From contig NZ_DASQCJ010000002.1 in the NCBI RefSeq assembly GCF_035634735.1, positions 5,337 to 69,336 on the forward strand: a DNA stretch of 64,000 bases, given 5' to 3'. The translations under genes were made by a program, and so were the position numbers. The notes under the pieces were generated by a model that did no database searches, was not told the DNA's origin, and saw nothing but the letters and a program-made list of their open reading frames with translations. Positions within the stretch are counted from its first letter, which is position 1, and each line of letters begins with the position of its first letter. Origin of the DNA: Cellulomonas sp. Lineage in GTDB: Bacteria > Actinomycetota > Actinomycetes > Actinomycetales > Cellulomonadaceae. Shown here in pieces: positions 20,916-29,184 of this stretch.

Positions 20916-21070
20916 TCAGCCGAGGGCGAGGAAGTCCTCCAGGTAGACCGCGACCTCGGTCAGCGTGGCGGCGTCCGCGTAGCCGGCGCGGCCGGTGACC
21001 GCGACAGCCGGACCCACACGAGCTCGCCGTGCACGAGCGGGTCCACGCCGGTGCCGGGGAGCGTCGTCAC
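20916..21070 (-). pseudogene. MazF/PemK-like toxin remnant (internal deletion plus frameshift)
   Basis: GTG overlaps the antitoxin stop. The N-terminal frame reads ...HGELVWVRL, and a different frame gives the C-terminus ...TGRAGYADAATLTEVAVYLEDFLALG*. Length is 155 nt. Confidence 0.65.
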
Positions 21071-21351
21071 GCGCGGGCCGAGCCGTACGGCGGCTCGCTC
21101 GCGAGCCCGTCCGCGGACACCGCGTCCCATGCCGCGGTCTCACGGCGGTAGGACTCCGCGAGGTCGTCGGAGGTCCGCGCCATCGCCTCGCGCATCGCGG
21201 CGAACCGCTGGTCCCGGAGCCACCGCTCGAAGAGCAGCTCCACGAACGACCCCGCCGTCACGCCCTGCTCGCGCGCCACCCCGTTGATCCGGTCCCGCAG
21301 CTCGGCGTCGATCCTGATCGTCGTCATGGTCATGGTCATGGTCATGGTCAT
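21067..21351 (-). CDS. Ribbon-helix-helix antitoxin (MazE-like)
   Basis: TTIRIDAELRDRINGVAREQGVT RHH pattern; acidic tail YRRETAAWDAVSADGL; five in-frame ATGs at 21351-21327. Confidence 0.75.
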   Translation of the reverse strand: MTMTMTMTMTTIRIDAELRDRINGVAREQGVTAGSFVELLFERWLRDQRFAAMREAMARTSDDLAESYRRETAAWDAVSADGLASEPPYGSARA

Positions 21352-21352
21352 G
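21323..21352. repeat. (GTCATG)5 microsatellite at the antitoxin start
   Basis: Five exact hexamers encoding MTMTMTMTM on the minus strand. Confidence 0.9.
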
Positions 21353-21398
21353 CGTCGAGGATGCGATCGGTATACCGGGTGCGTGGCTGTGCCGGCAC

Positions 21399-21647
21399 CT
21401 ACTCGGCCGGCGACGGCGAGGCGCGGATGCGGGCCGCCCACTCGTCGAGCGTCTCGACCTCGCGCGCGCCGGGGTTCTCCTCGAGCCGGCGGAGCAGCCG
21501 GAAGTCGTCCACCCCGATGAGCACGGCGACCAGCTCGCCGTACCGCCACAGCCCGACCCGCCCGCTCCCGAACGCGACCTCGTTCACCATCGACGCGAGG
21601 TGGGACCGGAACTCCCGCGCCGTCGCTTCCCTCGTGATCGTGTGCAT
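21399..21647 (-). CDS. Phd/YefM family antitoxin
   Basis: TAREFRSHLASMVNEV...RVGLWRYGELVAVLIGVDDF fits the Phd fold pattern. Confidence 0.75.
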   Translation of the reverse strand: MHTITREATAREFRSHLASMVNEVAFGSGRVGLWRYGELVAVLIGVDDFRLLRRLEENPGAREVETLDEWAARIRASPSPAE

Positions 21648-21796
21648 GCCTCGACGCTAGGGCCCGCGAGCGGCGCGACGGCGGTCGTCCACAGGCCGAC
21701 TTCGCGGGTGGCGGCGGTGCTGCGGACGGCTGCCGGTCGACCGCGTCCACGGTGTACCCCGGCGGGGGCGGGGTTCATTCTGAGCTTGAGTACACC

Positions 21797-22019
21797 GGGT
21801 ACGCGGTGTACGCGCGCTCGGAGCGTGGTCTGGTTCTGGTGGGGTACGCGGTGTACGCACGCCGAGAACGGGGTCCGGTTCTGGCGGGGTACGTGGTGTA
21901 CGCACGCCCGAGCGCGGTCCGGTTCTGCTGGGGTACGTGGCGTACGCGCGCCCGAGCGCGGTCCGGTTCTGCTGGGGTACGTGGTGTACGCGCGCTCGGA
22001 ACGGGGTCCGCTTCTGGCG
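21797..22019. repeat. Five tandem 44-45-bp repeats
   Basis: Units start at 21797, 21842, 21887, 21931 and 21975; approximate consensus GGGTACGYGGTGTACGCRCGCYCG...GGTCCGGTTCTGSYG. Confidence 0.9.
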
Positions 22020-22067
22020 GGGCCCCCCGTACGCGTGCCCCGTCGGCCCGCGGCGGCGGCCGCGGGG

Positions 22068-23213
22068 CTAGAGCCCGCTGCGGCGCGCGTACGCGCGGGC
22101 GTCGACGCCGCGCAGGTCGCAGAACTCGCGCACGGGGCCGGTCAGCAGCAGGTCCACGTGGCGCAGGTCGGCCACGGTGCGGGCGCCCAGCAGCGTCATG
22201 ATGTCGCCCACCTGGGTCAGCCAGGACTCGATGCGGGCGACCAGGGCGGCCTCGCCGTCGGTGAGCAGGGTGCGCAGGAAGCCGCCCGCGACGCCGACCG
22301 CGGTCGCCCCGAGGGCGAGCGCCCGGACGACGTCGAGCGGGTGCCGGACGCCGCCGGACGCCAGCAGGTCGACGCCGTCGACGGGCGAGGCGTCGAGCAG
22401 GCCCTCGACGGCGGACTGGCCCCAGGACGCCAGGTAGTCCATGCCGCCGTCCGTGCGGCGGGCGGACTCGATCGCGGTGAAGTCGGTGCCACCGCGGCCC
22501 GAGACGTCGACGGCGGCGACGCCGAGGTCGCGCAGCCGCGCGACGGTGCCGCGGCTCATGCCGGCGCCGACCTCCTTGACGACGACCGGGACGTCCACGC
22601 CGTCGACGATCGCGGCGATGTTGTCGGCCCAGCGCGTGAAGTCGCGGTCGCCCTCGGGCATGACGATCTCCTGCGCAGGGTTCACGTGCACCTGGAGGCC
22701 GTCGGCGCCGAGGATCTCGACCGAGCGGCGCGCCTGGGCGGGCGTGAGGTTCGCGTTGACGTTCGCCAGCACGAAGCCGTCGGGGTTGAGGTCGCGCAGG
22801 ACCCGGAACGACGGGATGGCGGCGGGCTCGCGGTGCAGGATGCCCGTGGACCCGGACGCGATCGGGACGCCGGTCTCGCGGGCGGCGATCGCGAGGGCCC
22901 GGTTGATCGTCGCGGTGTGGGCGGTGCCGCCGGTCATGCCGTTGATGTAGAGCGGCACGGGCCAGTCGAGCACCCGGCCCGTGGCCCGCAGGGACACCCG
23001 CGCGCGGTCGCCCGCGGCGAGCGGGTGGTTCATCGGGCGCACGTGGTCGAAGTCGCTCGGGCCGGGCTCGGCGTGCTGGGCGACGGCCAGGCGGACGTGG
23101 TCGTCCTTGCGGCGGGCGTCCTGCTCGGCGGGCGTCGCGCCGGCGGCGGCCCCGTGCTCGGTCCCGGCCGCCGGCTGGTCCTGACCGGACAGGTGTGCGT
23201 CGTCGCGGGTCAT
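22068..23213 (-). CDS. fni: Type 2 (FMN-dependent) isopentenyl-diphosphate isomerase
   Basis: RKDDHV, INGMTGG, LQVHVNPAQE, VVVKEVGAG, SGRGGTDF, ASGGVRHPLDV. Confidence 0.95.
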   Translation of the reverse strand: MTRDDAHLSGQDQPAAGTEHGAAAGATPAEQDARRKDDHVRLAVAQHAEPGPSDFDHVRPMNHPLAAGDRARVSLRATGRVLDWPVPLYINGMTGGTAHTATINRALAIAARETGVPIASGSTGILHREPAAIPSFRVLRDLNPDGFVLANVNANLTPAQARRSVEILGADGLQVHVNPAQEIVMPEGDRDFTRWADNIAAIVDGVDVPVVVKEVGAGMSRGTVARLRDLGVAAVDVSGRGGTDFTAIESARRTDGGMDYLASWGQSAVEGLLDASPVDGVDLLASGGVRHPLDVVRALALGATAVGVAGGFLRTLLTDGEAALVARIESWLTQVGDIMTLLGARTVADLRHVDLLLTGPVREFCDLRGVDARAYARRSGL

Positions 23214-24337
23214 CGGGCGTCCCCGGCGTCGCACGGCTGCTGGACCCGCAGCGACAGGTGCCGCACGTCGGACAGCTCCCAGTCGCGCAGCATGGGCGCG
23301 AGGTCGGTGTCGGCGTCGACCAGCACGATGCCGCAGTCGCCGCCGCCGGCGCCCGACGACTTGGCGGCCGCGCCGACGCTCTCGGCGGTCTCGCACAGCG
23401 TGCGGAGCGCGGGGGTCTCGATGTCGACGCCGGCGGCGCGGGCGAGGGAGGTGAGCAGGCCGCGGGCGCGGTGGATCTGCGCCTTCGCGGCGGGGGCGTC
23501 GTCGCGCTCGATGGCGTCGGCCAGCGCGTCCACGCACTCCCGGGAGGCGGCGAGGAAGTCGGGGTAGTGGCTCTCCGCGGCCCCCTTGCGGGACTGCATG
23601 CGCTCGACGAGCCGGGTGGTCGACGCGGGGACGCCGGTCCAGCCGACGACGAGGCGCATGGTGCGCGGGGTCGGCAGCCGGCGGACGGACAGGCCGGGCC
23701 AGTCGGCGTCGAGCAGCGCGGACAGCGGCCGCACGGCGCCGGAGGACTCCGCGGCGGCCTGGGCGGTGCGCAGCCAGTCGCGGTCGAGCGCGGCGTACCG
23801 GATCCACCCGCCGTACAGGCTCGCCGCGACGTCGCCGCCGGAGCCCATCGGGTTCACCGCGACGGTCGCGAGCAGCGCGAGCCGCAGCAGCCGCTCGGTC
23901 GGCAGGTCGAGCGCGTAGAACCGATCGAGGGCACGCACGGTGGCCGCGGTGACGGCGGCCGACGAGCCGAGCCCGAACTTCCGGCCCGACTGGTCGTCGA
24001 GCTCGGAGGTGATCGTGATGTCGTAGAAGCCGAGCTCGCGGCCCTGCTCCGCGGCGAACCGCTCCACGACGTCGATGGCCGCGAGCACGTAGTCGAACGG
24101 GCGGCTGTCGTGGTCGAGCACCACGCGGCCGCCGTCCCGCCGCCACACGACCGGCAGCCGGCCGTACTGGTCGGACGCGATGGACCCGGCGCCCTCGGCG
24201 CGCGCGAGCCGCACCGTGACGTGCCGGTCGACGGCGACGAGGACCGCCGGGTAGCCGGCCTCGACGACGGCGTACTCGCCGGCGACGAACAGCTTGCCGG
24301 GGGCGCTGACCTCGATGGGGGCGGTGGGCGTGGTCAC
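23210..24337 (-). CDS. mvaK2: Phosphomevalonate kinase (GHMP)
   Basis: SAPGKLFVAGEYAVVE, KFGLGSSAA, GSGGDVAAS, AAKSSGAGGGDCG. Confidence 0.93.
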   Translation of the reverse strand: MTTPTAPIEVSAPGKLFVAGEYAVVEAGYPAVLVAVDRHVTVRLARAEGAGSIASDQYGRLPVVWRRDGGRVVLDHDSRPFDYVLAAIDVVERFAAEQGRELGFYDITITSELDDQSGRKFGLGSSAAVTAATVRALDRFYALDLPTERLLRLALLATVAVNPMGSGGDVAASLYGGWIRYAALDRDWLRTAQAAAESSGAVRPLSALLDADWPGLSVRRLPTPRTMRLVVGWTGVPASTTRLVERMQSRKGAAESHYPDFLAASRECVDALADAIERDDAPAAKAQIHRARGLLTSLARAAGVDIETPALRTLCETAESVGAAAKSSGAGGGDCGIVLVDADTDLAPMLRDWELSDVRHLSLRVQQPCDAGDAR

Positions 24338-25329
24338 GCGGCACCCCCCGCCGTGACGCGCAGGTCCGGCCCGGGGCGCGCGGTCACCACGCGGCGGGTG
24401 CCGCCCTCGGACAGCGCCGCGGCGACGGCGGGCAGGTCGCGGCCGGCGCACAGCACCTTGACGTTCGGGCCGGCGTCGATGGTCGCCCAGCAGGGCAGGC
24501 CGTCCGCGCGCAGCGCCTGCACCTGGTCCAGCACGCCGACCGTGTGCGCGGTCCAGTACCGGACCGGCGGCCGGGCGCCGAGCATCGTGGCGTGCATCCG
24601 CAGGGCGTTCGACTCGGCGAGCGCGCCCAGCGCGGAGAGGTCGCCGGCGCGCACGGCGTCCAGCATCAGCGCGACGTCCACCTCGGTCGACTCGGTCCAG
24701 GACGGGAAGAACGGGGACGTCTCGACGGTGCGGCGCATGGCCTCGCGCGACGAGATCGACTTGGGGCCGGCGTCCAGCACGACCACCGCCATCGCCGGGT
24801 CGAGCGCGCCGCCGGCCTCGCCGCCGGGGACGGGCTCGGCGAAGGACGTGGCGTCGTCGGTGCCGGCGTGCCACACGACCAGGCCGCCGAACACGGAGCG
24901 CGCCGCCGACCCGGAGCCGCGGCGGGCCAGCCGGGACAGCGCGCGCGGGTCGAGGTCCAGGCCGTACGCGGCGGCCGCGGCGCCGGCGAGCGCGGCGAAC
25001 CCGCTCGCGGACGAGGCCAGGCCCGCGCCGGTCGGCACGGTCGACACCGAGGTGACCGTCGCACGGGCCGACGACCCGGCCAGCGCGCGGACCAGGTCGA
25101 GGAACCGGCGCACGCGCGCGACCTCGCCGTCCGACATCGGCCGGCCGTCGAGCGAGCCGGTGTCCTCGGTCGCGGCGGGGTCGAGCGTCACCGTGGTCGT
25201 GGCGTGGAACGCGTCGAGCGTCAGCGACAGGCTGGACGTCGCGGGCAGCGCCAGTGCCTCGTCGCGCTTGCCCCAGTACTTGGCGAGCGCGATGTTCGCG
25301 TGCGCGACGGCGGTCGCGGAGTCAGTCAT
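24334..25329 (-). CDS. mvaD: Diphosphomevalonate decarboxylase
   Basis: AHANIALAKYWGKRDE, PTGAGLASSASGFAA, RRGSGSAARS, TIDAGPNVKV. Confidence 0.95.
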   Translation of the reverse strand: MTDSATAVAHANIALAKYWGKRDEALALPATSSLSLTLDAFHATTTVTLDPAATEDTGSLDGRPMSDGEVARVRRFLDLVRALAGSSARATVTSVSTVPTGAGLASSASGFAALAGAAAAAYGLDLDPRALSRLARRGSGSAARSVFGGLVVWHAGTDDATSFAEPVPGGEAGGALDPAMAVVVLDAGPKSISSREAMRRTVETSPFFPSWTESTEVDVALMLDAVRAGDLSALGALAESNALRMHATMLGARPPVRYWTAHTVGVLDQVQALRADGLPCWATIDAGPNVKVLCAGRDLPAVAAALSEGGTRRVVTARPGPDLRVTAGGAA

Positions 25330-26348
25330 CCGAGGGGCACCTGGGCGGAGGGGGCGGCGGGGCGCCGCGCGTCGGTCCGGTGCAGCCACGTGCGCGCCGC
25401 TCCCGCGCGGCGCAGGGCAGCGGCGATCGTACCAGCGGACGCCGCGTCGGCCGCGAGCGCCAGCATGCATCCGCCCTGGCCACCGCCCGTGAGCTTGGCG
25501 CCCAGCGCGCCGGCCGCGAGGGCCGCGCCGACCAGCCGGTCGAGCTCCGGGGAGGAGACGCCGAGCTCCGCCAGCGCCCCGTGCGCGCGGGTCATCCGGG
25601 CGCCGAGCTCGGTCGGCCGGTCCAGGGCGAGGTCGTCGACCACGTCCCGGGTGATGGCGCCGAGCTCCGCGACCAGCTCCGCGCCGCGCGCCGGGTGCCG
25701 GTCCCGGAACGACCGGACGTCCGCGACCGCGACCCGGGTCCGGCCGTGCACGCCGGTGTCGGCGACGACGAGGTGCGCGCGCAGGGCGAGGTCGAGCGGC
25801 CGGATCTCCCCGGCCTGGAACCACACCGGCTCGGTCGAGGCGGTGGTGCGGGCGTCGAGCCCGCTGGGGTTGCCGTGCGCGACCCGCTCGCCGACCTGGA
25901 CCAGGTCGAAGTGCTCCTGCGCGGTGAGCGTGCGACCCGCCAGGTCCGCCAGCGCGAGCGCGAGCGCCCCGGCGGTGGCGGCGCTGGAGCCGAGGCCGCG
26001 GGCCGCGGGGATGGTCGACTCGGTGGACAGCACGATGTCGCGGTGCGGCAGGCCGAGGTGGTCGAGCGTCGCCTCGACCGCGGCGACCGGCGCGGCGAGC
26101 TGCTCGGGGGCGTCGGACAGGGCGCCCGAGTACAGGACGGACTCGAGCGCCAGCGGGCCCTCCTCGCGGCGGGCGACGGCGCGCATCGGCAGGCTGGCGA
26201 GCGGCAGCGCGATCGCGGGCTCGCCGTACACGACGGCGTGCTCGCCGACCAGGATCGCCTTCGCGCGCGTGTGCCCCGTCCCCGTGGCGCGCGGGGCGCC
26301 CGGGCCGGTGCTGCGCGGGTTCGAGCTCGAGATGGTCCGACTCCTCAC
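25326..26348 (-). CDS. mvk: Mevalonate kinase
   Basis: AKAILVGEHAVVYGEPAIA, STIPAARGLGSSAA, HGNPSGLD, GAKLTGGGQGG; GTG 26348 overlaps the upstream stop. Confidence 0.93.
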   Translation of the reverse strand: MRSRTISSSNPRSTGPGAPRATGTGHTRAKAILVGEHAVVYGEPAIALPLASLPMRAVARREEGPLALESVLYSGALSDAPEQLAAPVAAVEATLDHLGLPHRDIVLSTESTIPAARGLGSSAATAGALALALADLAGRTLTAQEHFDLVQVGERVAHGNPSGLDARTTASTEPVWFQAGEIRPLDLALRAHLVVADTGVHGRTRVAVADVRSFRDRHPARGAELVAELGAITRDVVDDLALDRPTELGARMTRAHGALAELGVSSPELDRLVGAALAAGALGAKLTGGGQGGCMLALAADAASAGTIAAALRRAGAARTWLHRTDARRPAAPSAQVPLG

Positions 26349-27697
26349 ATCAGGTGGGCGACGAACCACGGGGCCGCGTACAGCGACATGAACTGCACCC
26401 CGAAGTTGACGCCCAACCGGTTCAGCGTGCCGCAGGTCAGCCCGACCAGCAGCACGGCGAAGACGTTGACGAGCCCCGCGTCCAGGTAGGCCAGGAGCAG
26501 GACGAAGACGACGAACAGCGCCAGCACGGCCTCGTGCGGCACGTACCGGGTGACCAGCGCGGTGAGCCGGAACGAGTACCGCACCGCCAGCACGTACGAG
26601 AGCACCAGGGCGAGGGCCCCGCCCACGACCACCGCGACCACGAACTGCGAGGTGGACAGCAGCTGGTGCAGGTTGTTGTCCAGGGTCAGGACGGGCGGCG
26701 CGTTGAACAGCGCGTTCGCGGGGCCGACGGCGACCGGCGACAGCGGGAGCCCGACCGCGAGCAGCGGGATGATCACGCCGGCCAGGTAGGTCGAGTGCGC
26801 CAGCGCGGCCATCGAGGTGATCGCCCGGGACGACCGCTCGGTGGGCTCCTTCGCCCGGGCGCCGGACGCCTCGCCCATGAGCAGCGTCAGGGCGACCGGG
26901 CTGAGGAAGAACAGCGGCGTCGACGCCGCGGAGACCGTCGCCGAGGCGCCGAGCTCGGCGCGGGTCAGCAGCCGCCGCGGGCTGAGCGGCGCGCCCTTCA
27001 GCTCCGACCGCGTGATGACCACCGGCGTGCGGCCGGCGCGGGGGAGCGCGGCCCGCAGCGTCGGGTTGAGCAGCGTCGCCAGGCTGAGCAGCAGCGGGCC
27101 GGCGGTGATCGACAGGAAGAACGACACCGTGATCGTGCCGTCCTCGGGCAGCACGCCGGTCTGCCGGTAGAGCGCCTGCACGCCCTGGAACAGCAGGCCG
27201 AGCGGGATGATCGCCAGCAGCGACAGCACCTTGTTCTTCCCGATCAGCGCCAGGACCACCGCGCCGCCGACGAACAGCAGCGACCCGTACTCCCGGAGCT
27301 GGTCGGCGAACGGCGTGATCGCGCTCGCGATGAGCAGCGCCAGCGGCACCGAGATCAGCGTGCCGACCACCGACCCGGCGGCCATCTTGCGGATCGTCTC
27401 CGCCGCCCGGCCCTCCCGCTTCAGCAGCAGCGCGTGGTCGATCATCGGCGCCGACAGCACCCCGCCGGGCAGGCCGACCAGCGCCGTCGGGATCGAGTTG
27501 GTCAGGTTCAGGGTGACGACGGCGGCGATGAAGAACGCCAGCACGACCTGCGGGTCGGTGCCCGCGAGCACGAGCGCGAGCGTCACGGGCAGCAGCACCG
27601 ACGTCTCGTCGGTGCCGGGGATGAACCCGATCAGCGTGTACAGCGCGACGGCCGCGAGGGCGGCGGCGACCATCGGCAGCAGCAGGGAGAGGTCCAC
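26345..27697 (-). CDS. TctA-like (tripartite tricarboxylate transporter type) permease
   Basis: About 12 TM helices; N-terminal IGFIPGTDETSVLLP and NSIPTALVGLPGG motifs resemble the TctA GxxPG and IPG motifs. Confidence 0.75.
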   Translation of the reverse strand: MDLSLLLPMVAAALAAVALYTLIGFIPGTDETSVLLPVTLALVLAGTDPQVVLAFFIAAVVTLNLTNSIPTALVGLPGGVLSAPMIDHALLLKREGRAAETIRKMAAGSVVGTLISVPLALLIASAITPFADQLREYGSLLFVGGAVVLALIGKNKVLSLLAIIPLGLLFQGVQALYRQTGVLPEDGTITVSFFLSITAGPLLLSLATLLNPTLRAALPRAGRTPVVITRSELKGAPLSPRRLLTRAELGASATVSAASTPLFFLSPVALTLLMGEASGARAKEPTERSSRAITSMAALAHSTYLAGVIIPLLAVGLPLSPVAVGPANALFNAPPVLTLDNNLHQLLSTSQFVVAVVVGGALALVLSYVLAVRYSFRLTALVTRYVPHEAVLALFVVFVLLLAYLDAGLVNVFAVLLVGLTCGTLNRLGVNFGVQFMSLYAAPWFVAHLM

Positions 27698-27792
27698 GGA
27701 GGTCTTTCGGTGCGGGGCGCCCGCCCGGATGGGTGGCGGCGGGTGCGGCGGCTGGCGCGCGGGGGTGGGCGCGCGGCGGGGAGCGGGCGGCG

Positions 27793-28053
27793 TCAGGCCG
27801 GTGGCGGCCCCGCGTCGACGTCCTCGTCGGCCACGATCCGCACGTCCCGCTTGGGCCGGATCAGCGCCATCGCGGCGACGAACCCGACCACGGCACCGCC
27901 GAGGCCCCAGAAGAACTCCGAGGACCCGAGCGCCCGCCCGACGACGACCGCGGCGACCGTGGCGGCCGCCGTGACCGCGAGCGCCAGGACGAGGTCGCGC
28001 ATCGACACGCGGTCGCCCCAGATCTCGACGTACTGCTCGTCGTCGCTGCTCAC
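27793..28053 (-). CDS. Small two-TM membrane protein leading the transporter-mevalonate operon
   Basis: GAGGAGG RBS (28057-28063) before GTG; TAGGGT -10 at 28079-28084; MSSDDEQYVEIWGDRVSMRDLVLALAV... Confidence 0.75.
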   Translation of the reverse strand: MSSDDEQYVEIWGDRVSMRDLVLALAVTAAATVAAVVVGRALGSSEFFWGLGGAVVGFVAAMALIRPKRDVRIVADEDVDAGPPPA

Positions 28054-28281
28054 GTTCCTCCTCGGAGTCCGGACCGCCACCCTAGGACGTCCCCTGCGGG
28101 AAGCCTGTGCGGCGGTTGTGCGCGCGACGTGGACGTGCGGGTCGGAGCGCGGGTGGCCGACGGCCACTGTGGGGTGACCGCCCCCGACGCGGCAACTCGG
28201 GGCGACGCGCCGGGGGCCGACACGCCGAGGGTTCACCCGCTCCGGTGGCGGTGGGCCGAACCGTGCGGACGATGGATGAGC

Positions 28282-29175
28282 ATGAGCGACCAGACGACGC
28301 CCCAGGACCCGCAGACCCAGCACCCGGAGCCGGAGCAGCCGGCCCAGAACATCCCGCACCCCGGTCTCACGGACGACATGCGGCAGCAGCCCGACCACGG
28401 CGAGGAGTCGTACGTCGGCTCCGGCCGGCTCGAGGGCAAGCGCGCCCTCATCACCGGCGGCGACTCCGGCATCGGCCGGGCCGTCGCCCTGGCGTTCGCC
28501 CGCGAGGGCGCGGACGTCGCCATCTCCTACCTCCCGGACGAGGAGGAGGACGCGCAGGAGACCGTGCGGCTGGTCGAGGACGCCGGCCGCCGCGCGCTGA
28601 CCCTGCCCGGCGACATCCGCGACGAGGCGTTCTGCGCGCAGCTCGTCGAGCGCACGGTCGCCGAGCTCGGCGGGCTCGACGTGCTCGTCAACAACGCCGC
28701 GTTCCAGATGTCCCAGGAGAACGGGCTGCTGGACCTCACGACCGAGCAGCTCGACCGCACGTTCAAGACCAACCTGTACGCGATGTTCTGGATCACCAAG
28801 GCCGCGCTCCCGCACCTGCAGCCGGGGTCGAGCATCATCAACACCACCTCGGTGCAGGCCTACGAGCCCAGCCCGCAGCTCATCGACTACGCGACCACCA
28901 AGGCCGGCATCCTCAACTTCACGAAGGCGCTGGCGCAGCAGGTCGCCGAGCAGGGCATCCGGGTCAACGCCGTGGCGCCGGGGCCGATCTGGACCCCGCT
29001 GATCCCGGCGACGATGCCGGCGGAGAAGGTCAAGGAGTTCGGCGCGGACACCCCGCTGGGCCGCGCGGGCCAGCCGGCCGAGCTGGCCCCGGCGTACGTG
29101 TTCTTCGCGAGCCAGGAGAGCAGCTACATCACGGGCGAGCGCATCGGCGTCACGGGCGGCCGCTCGCTGGCCTGA
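28282..29175 (+). CDS. SDR family oxidoreductase (YghA/general-stress type)
   Basis: TGGDSGIG, NNAA, YATTK, PGPIWT. Confidence 0.93.
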   Translation: MSDQTTPQDPQTQHPEPEQPAQNIPHPGLTDDMRQQPDHGEESYVGSGRLEGKRALITGGDSGIGRAVALAFAREGADVAISYLPDEEEDAQETVRLVEDAGRRALTLPGDIRDEAFCAQLVERTVAELGGLDVLVNNAAFQMSQENGLLDLTTEQLDRTFKTNLYAMFWITKAALPHLQPGSSIINTTSVQAYEPSPQLIDYATTKAGILNFTKALAQQVAEQGIRVNAVAPGPIWTPLIPATMPAEKVKEFGADTPLGRAGQPAELAPAYVFFASQESSYITGERIGVTGGRSLA

Positions 29176-29184
29176 CGCTCCCTC

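Noticed and set aside
20990-21020. Programmed frameshift producing a mini-MazF
   Set aside because: No slippery sequence, and the joined product would be only about 50 aa, lacking the catalytic core; deletion is the simpler explanation.
21323-21352. Phase-variation ON/OFF switch
   Set aside because: A hexamer unit keeps the reading frame, so it cannot switch the gene off by frameshift.
21797-22019. Tandem array as a CRISPR array
   Set aside because: Units are contiguous and similar along their whole length with no unique spacers, and there are no cas genes in the window.
21752-22201. 149-aa ORF with GYAVYAR repeats
   Set aside because: It is a translation of the DNA repeat; the 44-bp units shift the frame, and the 3' end runs antisense into fni.
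22068-26348. Mevalonate genes as part of a terpenoid/meroterpenoid biosynthetic cluster
   Set aside because: No prenyltransferase, terpene cyclase, polyprenyl synthase or PKS/NRPS gene nearby in the window.
28090-28260. Metabolite riboswitch upstream of the mevalonate operon
   Set aside because: Some pairing (ACCGCC/GGCGGT) exists, but the putative -10 lies only about 26 nt from the first start, leaving no room for an aptamer, and such pairing is common at this GC content.
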